Positions 11,209-19,171 of a stretch of 64,000 nt of DNA are shown one piece after another. Made by a program: the position numbers and the translations under genes. How positions within the stretch are numbered: the stretch's first letter is position 1; each line of letters starts with the position of its first letter. This stretch comes from Corallococcus sp. (GTDB taxonomy: Bacteria > Bacillota > Clostridia > Christensenellales > CAG-314): positions 21,960 to 85,959 of the forward strand of contig JAMPAB010000001.1 in assembly GCA_023667435.1 (NCBI GenBank), read 5' to 3'. Under the pieces are notes generated by a model. It saw only the letters and a program-made list of their open reading frames with translations, did no database searches and was not told the DNA's origin.

Positions 11209-12924
11209 TTATGCGGCAGGCGCAGCAACTGCGTTTTCGAATAATTGAACGGTTGTATCCGTTACGGCGATCGTTACGGACGCGTCTCCTGCGCCGTATG
11301 CGCCGTTAGCGCCCACTTTCGTTGCGTAAGTCTTAGCTGCTGCTTCCGTATCTCCGATACCCAGCAAGAAGGCATGCGTTCCAGGATTGGTAGTGATTGT
11401 AGCGGTGAAAGTCAAGCCGTCGGTTGACGTCATAACGACTTCCCCCCAGCCTATCATAGAGCCTTTCAAAACGACTACTTTGCCTGTCATACTGCTTGCA
11501 AACGTAACGGTGCAGGTTACTTCGATAGAAGGAGCGATATAAGGAGTATCCAAAGCTTCTTCGAATAATTCGATGTCTTCGTCGTCATATCCCGTTACCG
11601 TAACGGGCAAGTTGCTGTTGCCGTTAAGTTTGATACCGCCGTACAAAGAACCGCCGTTGGCGATCTCGTAGTCGTTACGGATTGCGATAACGTTACATTC
11701 GTAGTTACCGGGAGCAACTTCGAGAGCGATGCTTGCGCTCTTGCGGTCCGCCGAAATAGTCATCTTGGACTTGTCTTTTGCAGCGTCGGCATTGTAAGCC
11801 TCATTCCAACCATTCATAGAACCGAGAATGTAAATACTCATTTCGGTACTGAGAGCTTCTTTGAAGTTTACAATGAACGTCTTTTCGGGGAGTTCCATTT
11901 GATATTTCCACGTAAATACGTTGTTGGGAGTACCGTTGTTTTCGCCTTCCTGAAGGTCGATTTGGTTAAGGTCGAGACCCGTCTTATCTACGTCGCCGTA
12001 AGCTTCGCTTACCGTTTCCAAAAGGTCGATATAGGAACCGCCGTCGGATTCCATAACGGATAACGTAAGGTTGCCGCCGTCGGACGCGCCGATTTCGATA
12101 TAAGCGCGGATTACGCTGTTGTCATCGTGTTCAACGTCTGCGGGGAATTCGGGAGTAGTCATATTCCAGTCCCAAATGCCGAGTTCGGTAGCATCGTCGC
12201 CTTCGCCTTCCGTAGTCGTAGCAGCCGTCTTGTCGCGAACTACCAATACTTTGTATCCGTAGTTGGAGCAAAGAACGTCGTTAAGAGCAAGAGAGTAAAC
12301 GGTTCTGTCCGCACTTGCCGTAGCTTGAGCTGCAGAAGCCGTCCAACCGTTGAAGTCGCCCATGAAGTAAACTTCCGCGTTTTCGCCGAGAGCCTGAGAG
12401 AACGTAAGTCTGAGTTCCGTGTTAACTCTTATGGGAGCGGAAATTGCCGTCGAGAACTTGTGTTCGCCGAGATTAACCGTTTTAGCGCCGTCTTTGTATT
12501 CGAACGTCGCGTTCGTGCCATAAGCAAACGTTGCGCAGTAGTCGGATTTGTAAGCGTCGATCCATGCAAGACCGCACTTGTCGTCGGGCAAACCGCTGCT
12601 CTTGTTGTAACCGAGCACGAGAGCGTATTCGTTGGCCTGTTCTTTCGTCGCGTCGTATTCGATTTGAGCGTAGTACAGGTTTTTGCCCTCTACCTTTTTG
12701 AATTCGGGAGCGGCAAGTCCCTTAGCCCACGCGGTTTGTCCGCCTGCGTAGAATACGCTTGCATATTCGGCAAGCTCTACGGAATCTTCCGCCAGCGAGA
12801 AGTAAAGAGTTACTTTGCCTTCCGCAACGGGTACGTCGCTGTTATCATCAGGATCGCACGCTACGAGAGCGACAATGCCCAAACACATAACAAGCGCAAG
12901 TAAAATTGCTAATGTCTTTTTCAT
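11209..12924 (-). CDS. Non-catalytic surface lipoprotein with 3-4 tandem starch-binding (CBM-like) beta-sandwich repeats.
   Basis: Lipobox ALVAC. A recurring module signature was read: VYFMGDFNGWTAS, IYILGSMNGWNEAY and VVLKGSMIGWGEVVM, each followed by a G-x-Y/H aromatic block. No catalytic motif was seen. It is the first gene of the starch operon. Confidence 0.65.
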   Translation of the reverse strand: MKKTLAILLALVMCLGIVALVACDPDDNSDVPVAEGKVTLYFSLAEDSVELAEYASVFYAGGQTAWAKGLAAPEFKKVEGKNLYYAQIEYDATKEQANEYALVLGYNKSSGLPDDKCGLAWIDAYKSDYCATFAYGTNATFEYKDGAKTVNLGEHKFSTAISAPIRVNTELRLTFSQALGENAEVYFMGDFNGWTASAAQATASADRTVYSLALNDVLCSNYGYKVLVVRDKTAATTTEGEGDDATELGIWDWNMTTPEFPADVEHDDNSVIRAYIEIGASDGGNLTLSVMESDGGSYIDLLETVSEAYGDVDKTGLDLNQIDLQEGENNGTPNNVFTWKYQMELPEKTFIVNFKEALSTEMSIYILGSMNGWNEAYNADAAKDKSKMTISADRKSASIALEVAPGNYECNVIAIRNDYEIANGGSLYGGIKLNGNSNLPVTVTGYDDEDIELFEEALDTPYIAPSIEVTCTVTFASSMTGKVVVLKGSMIGWGEVVMTSTDGLTFTATITTNPGTHAFLLGIGDTEAAAKTYATKVGANGAYGAGDASVTIAVTDTTVQLFENAVAAPAA

Positions 12925-12996
12925 ATTTTCCTCCTAGAATTTTCATTTTTACACAGCTTTTTGCTGAGAAAACCTATGTTAAACGTCTTGCGATTT

Positions 12997-13017
12997 GTCA
13001 ACGTACGTTACGTTGAC
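12997..13017. promoter_or_regulatory. Perfect 9-3-9 palindrome upstream of the starch operon, a candidate operator.
   Basis: GTCAACGTA-CGT-TACGTTGAC lies about 75-95 nt upstream of the ATG at 12924. Read on the minus strand, one arm contributes a TTGACA hexamer. Confidence 0.35.
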
Positions 13018-13038
13018 GGAGCTTGTAAGACAACGTGT

Positions 13039-13080
13039 TTTCGTTTTTACGAAAAACGAAAACTGCCCGCGGGCAGCCGC
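13039..13080 (-). terminator. GC hairpin plus T tract on the minus strand, overlapping a perfect 12-3-12 A/T-rich palindrome.
   Basis: CTGCCCGCGGGCAG (13066-13080) is followed on the minus strand by TTTTCGTTTTTCG. The T tract is also one arm of GTTTTCGTTTTT-ACG-AAAAACGAAAAC (13039-13065). Confidence 0.45.
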
Positions 13081-13533
13081 AAGATATTTTTGACTTAACG
13101 TTGTTGCAAATTATCCACAGAAGTTTTTAAGACGACAATATGTAAGATGTTGCGCTTTTCTTTTTAAAAGCCATCGTACAGGCGTTCGATTATTGTGAAA
13201 ATTTGCAAATAACTACTGTCAATGCGTAAATTTTACACTATTTTTTTTCGATATTCAATACAAAAATTTAAAAATAAAAAAAATAGTACGATATGTTCTT
13301 TAATAAAAAAGCGTTTTGCGTCGAAAAACAGTCGAAAATGCGCGCGGTTTTTAAAATATTACAATTTTGTTATGCCGCGCGAACGACGTCGTGACGAAAC
13401 GTACGGTTGACTATGCTCCGGCAAACAGAGACGGTTTAGTCATAAGGCGCTCGGTTACTGCTTTACTGCGCGGCGATGCTTGCGCGCAACATACCGTTTT
13501 AGCGTACTTATCTATACGTCGGTGCAATGCAAA

Positions 13534-13561
13534 GGCGGCGCGGAAAAATTTCCGCGCCGCC
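13534..13561 (-). terminator. Strong GC hairpin immediately after the stop codon of the hybrid kinase gene.
   Basis: GGCGGCGCGGAAA / TTTCCGCGCCGCC begins 11 nt after the stop at 13572. The T tract is weak on the minus strand and better on the plus strand. Confidence 0.5.
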
Positions 13562-13571
13562 CGACGTTTTT

Positions 13572-16500
13572 TTATTTACTTTTGCGGACTTCCGCAACAA
13601 CCTGCTTGACCTTGCTCATATTGATAGGCTTTGCGAGGTGCGCGTTCATTCCCGAATCGAGCGCCATACGTACGTCGTCGTCGAACGCGTTTGCGGTCAT
13701 TGCAATAATGGGTATCGTCTTTGCGTCGGGATGGTCGCTTGCGCGGATAGCGCGCGTAGCTTCGTGACCGTTCATAACGGGCATCTGCACGTCCATAAAG
13801 ATAAGGTCGTAACTGCCGGGTTTAGACGCTTCGAACATATCGTACGCCTCCTTGCCGTCGTGAGCGATATCGCATTTGACTCCCTCGATATCCAACAGTT
13901 CGAGGAGAATTTCCTCGTTGATTTCGTTATCTTCGGCGGCAAGCACGTGCAGTCCGTTCAAAGACAGGTCGTCGATTACAACAGGCGAATCTTCCTTTTT
14001 GCCTATATCGCGTATCTGCGTGATAGCGTTGCGGAAGTTGGATACGAAGAAAGGCTTGGGCATAAAGTAATCCACGCCGACCGCTTTCGCTTCCTCTTCG
14101 ATGTCTTCGAAGCTGTACGACGTAAGTACCATAATAGGCACGTCGCTGCCGACTTTTTTGCGGATATTGCGCGCCGTCTCTATTCCGTCCATTCCCGGCA
14201 TCTTCCAGTCGAGCAGAACGATGTTAAACTCGTCGCGCTTGTCGTACGCTTCGCTTACCATCTGCACCGCCGTCTCGCCGCTGAGCGTGTAACTGATTTT
14301 TACGCCCGTGTCTTCCATAAGCTCGCATACTTCCACGCAAACGTCTTCCTCGTCGTCCACTACAAGCACTTTCGTGATGTTGTAACGTTTCCAGAAGTCT
14401 TTGTCGGTGTTTTCGCCGTCGGATACGGCAAGTTCCAACTCTACCGTAAACGTGCTTCCCTTGTTAAGTTCGCTCTTAACCGATATAGTGCCGCCCATAA
14501 GTCCAATGATATTCTGCGTAATCGCCATACCGAGACCCGTTCCCTGAATTTCTCTGGTACGGACGGAATCTTCGCGGGCGAACGGTTCGAAAATTTCCTT
14601 GATGAATTCTTCGCTCATTCCGATGCCGTTGTCCCTAACCTCGATACGCAAATGCGCGTGACCGCTTACCCGCGTTTCCAATGCTTCGATAATAAGCTCT
14701 ATCGCGCCGTTTTCGGGCGTGTACTTTACCGCATTGGAAAGGAGGTTGAGCATTATCTGATTGAGACGGAGTTTGTCGCCCGTGACGTTTTCGGGGAGGT
14801 GACCTTTTGTATGGATATCGAACGTCTGACGTTTCGCCTTAGTTTGCGCGACGACCATAAGGTACAGTTCTTCCAAAAACTCCGACAGGTTGAAGTCCGC
14901 CATATTCAAAGACGTCTTGCCGCTTTCGATTTTGCTCATATCAAGCACGTCGTTGATAAGGCTTAGCAAGTGCTGTCCCGAGAAGTTGATTTTACGTACG
15001 TATTCGCGTACCTTGTCGGGTTTGTCTGCATCTTTTGCAAGCAACGTAGAATAACCGATAATCGCGTTCATGGGCGTGCGGATATCGTGCGACATATTGG
15101 ATAAGAAATTACTCTTTGCTTTGTTTGCCGACTTGGCGATTTCAAACGCCGATTCCAAATCCGCCGTCAATTTGCGTTCGGTGGTACGGTCGGACAGCAT
15201 CATAACGCAGCTGTCGACGCCGTTGTAAACGGAGTGGAACAGCGACATTTTAAACCAGTACGTCTGCTCGGTTGCAACGTTCTTCATTTCGAGATCCGCT
15301 TCCCACGTGTGACCCGTAGGCAATTTCTTCAAGCCTTCGGTCGTAAACTCGCCGTGCTCGTTGACCGCAGCGTTCAAAACTTCGTGAACGTCGGCGCGTA
15401 CCTTGTTAATATCCAACCCCAACATAGTTTCGATGTTGGCGCTTACGTAGTCCGCCTCGAACGTGTCGGTGGAAAACAGTATAAATATGTATTGCGAATT
15501 GAGCGTAAGCAAGTCGAGCAGTTTCTCGCGGGATTTGATTTCAAGTTCCTTCTCCATAGCGCGACGGCGTTGCAAAATCATAAACGTAATCGCCATTGTA
15601 ATGATCAATATCGCGCTCAAACACGACATTACGACTATCGTAACCGTACGGAACGAACTGAGACTGGCATTGACTATCGAGGACGGCATAGCTCCCAACA
15701 GCATCCAGCCGCCGTATCCGACGGGCATATACGTAAGATATTTTTCGGTATTATCCCGTTTGTCGTACAGCAGAACCGTACCCGCTTTCTGTTCTCCCAC
15801 AATCAGTTCCGAATTTTCCGCATCCCAGTCGCCGATCATTTTGCTTAAATCGTCGTCCGAAACGGAACAGTTGCCCGATTGCAAAAAATCGAGATAATTG
15901 CTTATACGCGTTCCGCCCGATTGCAGCAAAACGTATCCGTTGTTCAACGCTATGTAACATTCGCCTCTGTCTTCGAAGATGTCCACTCCCAGTATGTTGA
16001 GCATAGTTTCCATATCGAAACATATGCCTATCGTCATAAACTGAAAGCCGTCGTACATATAACGGGGATCTTCCGACGGCGAATCGTCCGTAGAAGCGCG
16101 GGCGTCGATTCTTATGGCAAACATCACGATACGTTTGTCGGGTTGACCGTTTTGTCCTTCGATAAGTCCCGCTACGCCGCTCATGTCTTCGTCAAGCAGT
16201 ATCCTGACGGGCCTCATAAACTTGATGACGACAGGGTCGCCGTTTCCCAACGGGTCCAAACAGGAGTAACGGTACTTAAACAAATCGTCGCTTGCAGAAT
16301 CCTGTTCCTCGTCCGCCAGCGTCTGACGCTTGACGAAAAAGAAATTGGAAAACTCCCATTCCTGCTGCTGCTCGCCGATAAAATCGATAAATTCGGAACG
16401 TTTGCTCTCGCGCAATGTGTCGGAAATCTCGGCATTGTTTATGGTTTCCATCGAACCGCAGATATAATTCTGCCAGCTTTTAAGCAAGTTGCGTTCGTTG

Positions 16501-16673
16501 TCTATCTGACTGCCTATACGCTTGTTGAATTGCTCGTAAATTTCGCTTAAATGGTAAGAACTCTCGTCAAAAATATATTGCGACGTAAATACCGAGTACA
16601 TTATAGCCGTTATTATAACGACTAACAGGCACGCCGCCGCGACGACTAATATCCGCCATCTTTTTCTTAACAT
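13572..16673 (-). CDS. Hybrid sensor histidine kinase: TM, a roughly 300-aa extracytoplasmic domain, TM, a PAS-like segment, HisKA, HATPase and two receiver domains.
   Basis: H-box SHDIRTPMNAIIGYS and an ATP-lid region with GTGLGMAI. The two REC domains carry VLVVDDEE...LLDWKMPGMDG and VLAAEDNE...IFMDVQMPVMNG. The RBS is AAGGAG. Confidence 0.9.
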   Translation of the reverse strand: MLRKRWRILVVAAACLLVVIITAIMYSVFTSQYIFDESSYHLSEIYEQFNKRIGSQIDNERNLLKSWQNYICGSMETINNAEISDTLRESKRSEFIDFIGEQQQEWEFSNFFFVKRQTLADEEQDSASDDLFKYRYSCLDPLGNGDPVVIKFMRPVRILLDEDMSGVAGLIEGQNGQPDKRIVMFAIRIDARASTDDSPSEDPRYMYDGFQFMTIGICFDMETMLNILGVDIFEDRGECYIALNNGYVLLQSGGTRISNYLDFLQSGNCSVSDDDLSKMIGDWDAENSELIVGEQKAGTVLLYDKRDNTEKYLTYMPVGYGGWMLLGAMPSSIVNASLSSFRTVTIVVMSCLSAILIITMAITFMILQRRRAMEKELEIKSREKLLDLLTLNSQYIFILFSTDTFEADYVSANIETMLGLDINKVRADVHEVLNAAVNEHGEFTTEGLKKLPTGHTWEADLEMKNVATEQTYWFKMSLFHSVYNGVDSCVMMLSDRTTERKLTADLESAFEIAKSANKAKSNFLSNMSHDIRTPMNAIIGYSTLLAKDADKPDKVREYVRKINFSGQHLLSLINDVLDMSKIESGKTSLNMADFNLSEFLEELYLMVVAQTKAKRQTFDIHTKGHLPENVTGDKLRLNQIMLNLLSNAVKYTPENGAIELIIEALETRVSGHAHLRIEVRDNGIGMSEEFIKEIFEPFAREDSVRTREIQGTGLGMAITQNIIGLMGGTISVKSELNKGSTFTVELELAVSDGENTDKDFWKRYNITKVLVVDDEEDVCVEVCELMEDTGVKISYTLSGETAVQMVSEAYDKRDEFNIVLLDWKMPGMDGIETARNIRKKVGSDVPIMVLTSYSFEDIEEEAKAVGVDYFMPKPFFVSNFRNAITQIRDIGKKEDSPVVIDDLSLNGLHVLAAEDNEINEEILLELLDIEGVKCDIAHDGKEAYDMFEASKPGSYDLIFMDVQMPVMNGHEATRAIRASDHPDAKTIPIIAMTANAFDDDVRMALDSGMNAHLAKPINMSKVKQVVAEVRKSK

Positions 16674-17112
16674 ATCCGCTCCTTGTAACCGATACGCGCG
16701 TTGCGGTTAAAAAACCGCAATCGCTTAAAAGTGATTAAACATTCGATCCGCGTCGATAATCGATTTAAAACGTATGGCAACAACGCTTTTTACGCGCTTC
16801 TGTAACGTTAGCCATACCGTGCTCGAACGCGGTATGACTAAGATTACCGACCGTCGGACAAATAGTACCGTTTGCGGCAGATTTGCTCTGCGCAACGATA
16901 CGGAATCGACAAAATATCCGTTAAAGATTATGATACAATACTATCTCGACTATGTCAATTTTACTTGCGCATTTATATTCAATAAAAAACAAGGTTCGCT
17001 ATTAAATCGCTTACGGCGCGGCATTTTGAAGAAATTTTATGCGGCGCAGAAAGTTTCGTAGGGACAACTATTAAAGCGGAAATAAGCGACCCGAAAACAT
17101 ACGATGAAGCGC

Positions 17113-18366
17113 TTACATGTTAATTATTTGAGAAAGATTTAGTAAAAAATCCGAAAGCGAAACGAGCAGTATTCCGTTTTCGTTGTATCTGCTAAGCATG
17201 GGTTGGTTAACGATTATTATCTTCCTAAATGCGTCGTTTATGGAAAGCAGCGACGCTTGTTCCTGTTCCAACTTTTCCGCAGTAGGCATACTGGACGCGG
17301 ATTGAATGTAGTAACGCTTGTCGCCCAAATTGACAACGAAATCTACTTCAAATTTTGTTCTTACGTATTTGCCGTTTTCCTTTATTACGTTTTCCACTAC
17401 GCCGACGTCGACGGAATAGCCTCTTAGGCGCAGTTCGTTGTATATTATATTTTCCATAATATACCCGTCTTCTTTTTGACGGAAGGATAGTCTTGCATTA
17501 CGCAGTCCCACGTCTACAAAATAATATTTAACGGGCGTGTTTATATATCTTTTACCCTTTATATCGTAACGCGTCGCTTTTTCTATCAAAAAGGCATCTT
17601 GTAAATATTCCAAGTAACTTGTTAAGGTGTTAACGGACAGTTTAATATTTTTCACGCTGTTAAACGTATTCGTTAATTTAGTGGGATTTGTAAGCGAGCC
17701 TATTGACGACGCTATTGTGTCTGTCAGTTCGTTTATTTCCGCATTGCCTTTTAGGTTGTATCTGTTAATTATGTCGGATAAGTACGTCATTTGAAACAAA
17801 TTGGTAAGGTACTGCATTTTGTCCTGCGGTGTTTCCATAGACAAACATAGCGGCATTCCGCCGTAGTTGGAATACGTTATCCAGGCGCTGTTAAAGTCAC
17901 CGCCTACTACGGAATAATACTCGGCAAAGCAAAGCGGATAAACTCTGACTTCGTCGCCCCTACCTCGAAACTCCGTTATTACGTCGCTGGACAAAAATTT
18001 AGAATTACTGCCCGTAACATATATATCTACGTTGTTCAAACGAAGAAAACCGTTAAGAACGCTCTCGAAGTTCGGCACTAATTGTATTTCATCAAGCAAA
18101 ACGTAGTACGTATCGTTGTCCGTTATTTTGCTTTTAACGTATGAATAAAGCGCATCGGGATTTTGCTTATCTCTGTTGTCGTAATCGTCCAACGCCAAAG
18201 ATATTATATGATTGGGTTTTACGCCTGCGAAGAGTAAGTGTTCTTGAAAAAGATTAAACAGCAAATACGACTTACCACAACGCCTAACGCCGGTTATTAT
18301 CTTAACCATTCCGTTGTGTTTGTGCGATATAAGTTTATTTAGGTATAAGTCTCTTTTTATTTGCAT
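17113..18366 (-). CDS. AAA+ ATPase of the AAA_14/DUF4143 type (COG1373-like).
   Basis: Walker A GVRRCGKSYLL, a Walker B-like YVLLDEIQ, and a C-terminal region typical of the family. Confidence 0.75.
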   Translation of the reverse strand: MQIKRDLYLNKLISHKHNGMVKIITGVRRCGKSYLLFNLFQEHLLFAGVKPNHIISLALDDYDNRDKQNPDALYSYVKSKITDNDTYYVLLDEIQLVPNFESVLNGFLRLNNVDIYVTGSNSKFLSSDVITEFRGRGDEVRVYPLCFAEYYSVVGGDFNSAWITYSNYGGMPLCLSMETPQDKMQYLTNLFQMTYLSDIINRYNLKGNAEINELTDTIASSIGSLTNPTKLTNTFNSVKNIKLSVNTLTSYLEYLQDAFLIEKATRYDIKGKRYINTPVKYYFVDVGLRNARLSFRQKEDGYIMENIIYNELRLRGYSVDVGVVENVIKENGKYVRTKFEVDFVVNLGDKRYYIQSASSMPTAEKLEQEQASLLSINDAFRKIIIVNQPMLSRYNENGILLVSLSDFLLNLSQIINM

Positions 18367-18387
18367 AACAATCTCCTTTATTGTTTA

Positions 18388-18416
18388 AGTATACCCTATA
18401 ATAATCCACCCGTCAA
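18388..18416 (-). promoter_or_regulatory. Sigma-A-type promoter for the ATPase gene.
   Basis: On the minus strand: TTGACG, a 17-nt spacer, TATACT, then an AAGGAG RBS. Just upstream (18421-18460) is an imperfect 19-bp-arm palindrome, CATTGAATATTTTTGTCAA-AA-TTGACAATTTTATTCAATG. Confidence 0.5.
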
Positions 18417-18533
18417 CTGCCATTGAATATTTTTGTCAAAATTGACAATTTTATTCAATGATTGTTTTTAGTAAAGTTTTTATTATTGCAATTTTACACT
18501 GCCTTCGGGGCATACTCCGCTACGCCACGTGAC

Positions 18534-18636
18534 CGTTCGCTTCGCTCGGCTGAGGGGTCCGTTGCGCTCAAACCCGAAGCAAAAGAAAAGCACCGAGTTT
18601 TTCCCGGTGCTTTATTGGTCGCGGGGGCAGGATTTG
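18534..18636. repeat. Copy 1 of a roughly 103-nt repeat, comprising the tRNA-fMet downstream flank and terminator plus the last 21 nt of the tRNA.
   Basis: It aligns by eye to 18912-19014 with a handful of mismatches. It ends in TGGTCGCGGGGGCAGGATTTG, the reverse complement of the tRNA 3' acceptor and T-arm. Confidence 0.8.
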
Positions 18637-18800
18637 TCGCAAGCGTAGCGCAGGGTAAGCGAAACGAAGTGGAGCGCTACATTATTTCAAACTGTCCTTG
18701 CGCCTGCAACAAAGGCGGCGCGCCAACAAGGAAGCAAATTAAAAGCAACGAGGCATTTGCTCGTTGCTTTATTTGCGACCTCTACGGCGTCGCCACCGAT

Positions 18801-18834
18801 TGGTTGCGGGGGCAGGATTTGAACCATACGACCT
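18801..18834 (-). repeat. Truncated copy of the 3' 34 nt of tRNA-fMet.
   Basis: TGGTTGCGGGGGCAGGATTTGAACCATACGACCT is identical to 18994-19027 and diverges after that. A separate hairpin, AGCAACGAG...CTCGTTGCT, lies just downstream of it in the tRNA's orientation. Confidence 0.8.
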
Positions 18835-18993
18835 AGCACAATTTCTACGAAATTGCTCGGGTCGTCGCTATGCTCCTCGCGCGGGTTATAACTTCGCTAT
18901 CGCTCCGTTGGCGTTCGCTTCACTCGGCTGAGGAGCCCGTTGCGCTCAAACCCGAAGCAAAAGAAAAGCACCGAGTTTTTCCCGGTGCTTTAT

Positions 18994-19071
18994 TGGTTGC
19001 GGGGGCAGGATTTGAACCATACGACCTTCGGGTTATGAGCCCGATGAGCTACCAGACTGCTCTACCCCGCG
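18994..19071 (-). tRNA. Initiator tRNA-Met (anticodon CAT).
   Basis: Reverse complement: CGCGGGGTAGAGCAGTCTGGTAGCTCATCGGGCTCATAACCCGAAGGTCGTATGGTTCAAATCCTGCCCCCGCAACCA. Initiator hallmarks are present: a C1-A72 mismatch, three G-C pairs in the anticodon stem, a CAU anticodon and an encoded CCA. The hairpin GCACCGGG...CTCGGTGC plus a T run follows. The T stem seems to carry one extra nucleotide (see findings). Confidence 0.85.
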
Positions 19072-19104
19072 ATATAAACGTCAAGCTTTATTTTCGACTG
19101 TTTT

Positions 19105-19133
19105 ATACTACTACGTATCATTGCAAATGTCAA
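19105..19133 (-). promoter_or_regulatory. Possible promoter for the tRNA.
   Basis: On the minus strand: TTGACA, a 17-nt spacer, TAGTAT. The -10 element ends about 34 nt upstream of the mature tRNA 5' end. Confidence 0.35.
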
Positions 19134-19171
19134 CTGTTTTGACAAATAAATTACGGTTCGGTATTTTTACT

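Noticed and set aside
12925-13000. Calling a definite promoter for the starch operon from the TTGACA hexamer in the 9-3-9 palindrome.
   Set aside because: No acceptable -10 hexamer lies 16-19 nt downstream of it; the sequence there is CATAGG. A TGTGTAAAAAT extended -10-like element exists closer to the RBS but has no -35 element. The start site therefore cannot be fixed from sequence alone.
13527-14966. A 479-aa plus-strand ORF. Many similar long ORFs occur: 5645-7099 (+), 25255-26535 (+), 57221-58339 (+), 37400-38368 (+), 12127-12903 (+), 42573-43301 (+), 59400-60110 (+), 35265-35939 (+), 43214-43885 (+), 15879-16550 (+), 63009-63680 (-) and 39663-40184 (-).
   Set aside because: Each lies exactly antisense to a CDS with unmistakable family motifs (kinase, amylase, LeuS, M32, GH3 and others). 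Their translations are low-complexity and rich in R, V and F, with no recognisable domains and no RBS. They are shadow ORFs. The codon bias of the real genes avoids the sense-strand codons that read as stop codons on the opposite strand.
16774-17061. A 95-aa plus-strand ORF between the ATPase and the kinase.
   Set aside because: It has no RBS and no family resemblance. It is oriented against all its neighbours in an AT-rich spacer.
18462-19142. Plus-strand ORFs of 124 aa and 90 aa that share the peptide AEGSVALKPEAKEKHRVFPGALLVAGAGF.
   Set aside because: The shared peptide is simply the translation of the duplicated tRNA-terminator repeat. The ORFs run antisense through the tRNA gene and its fragments.
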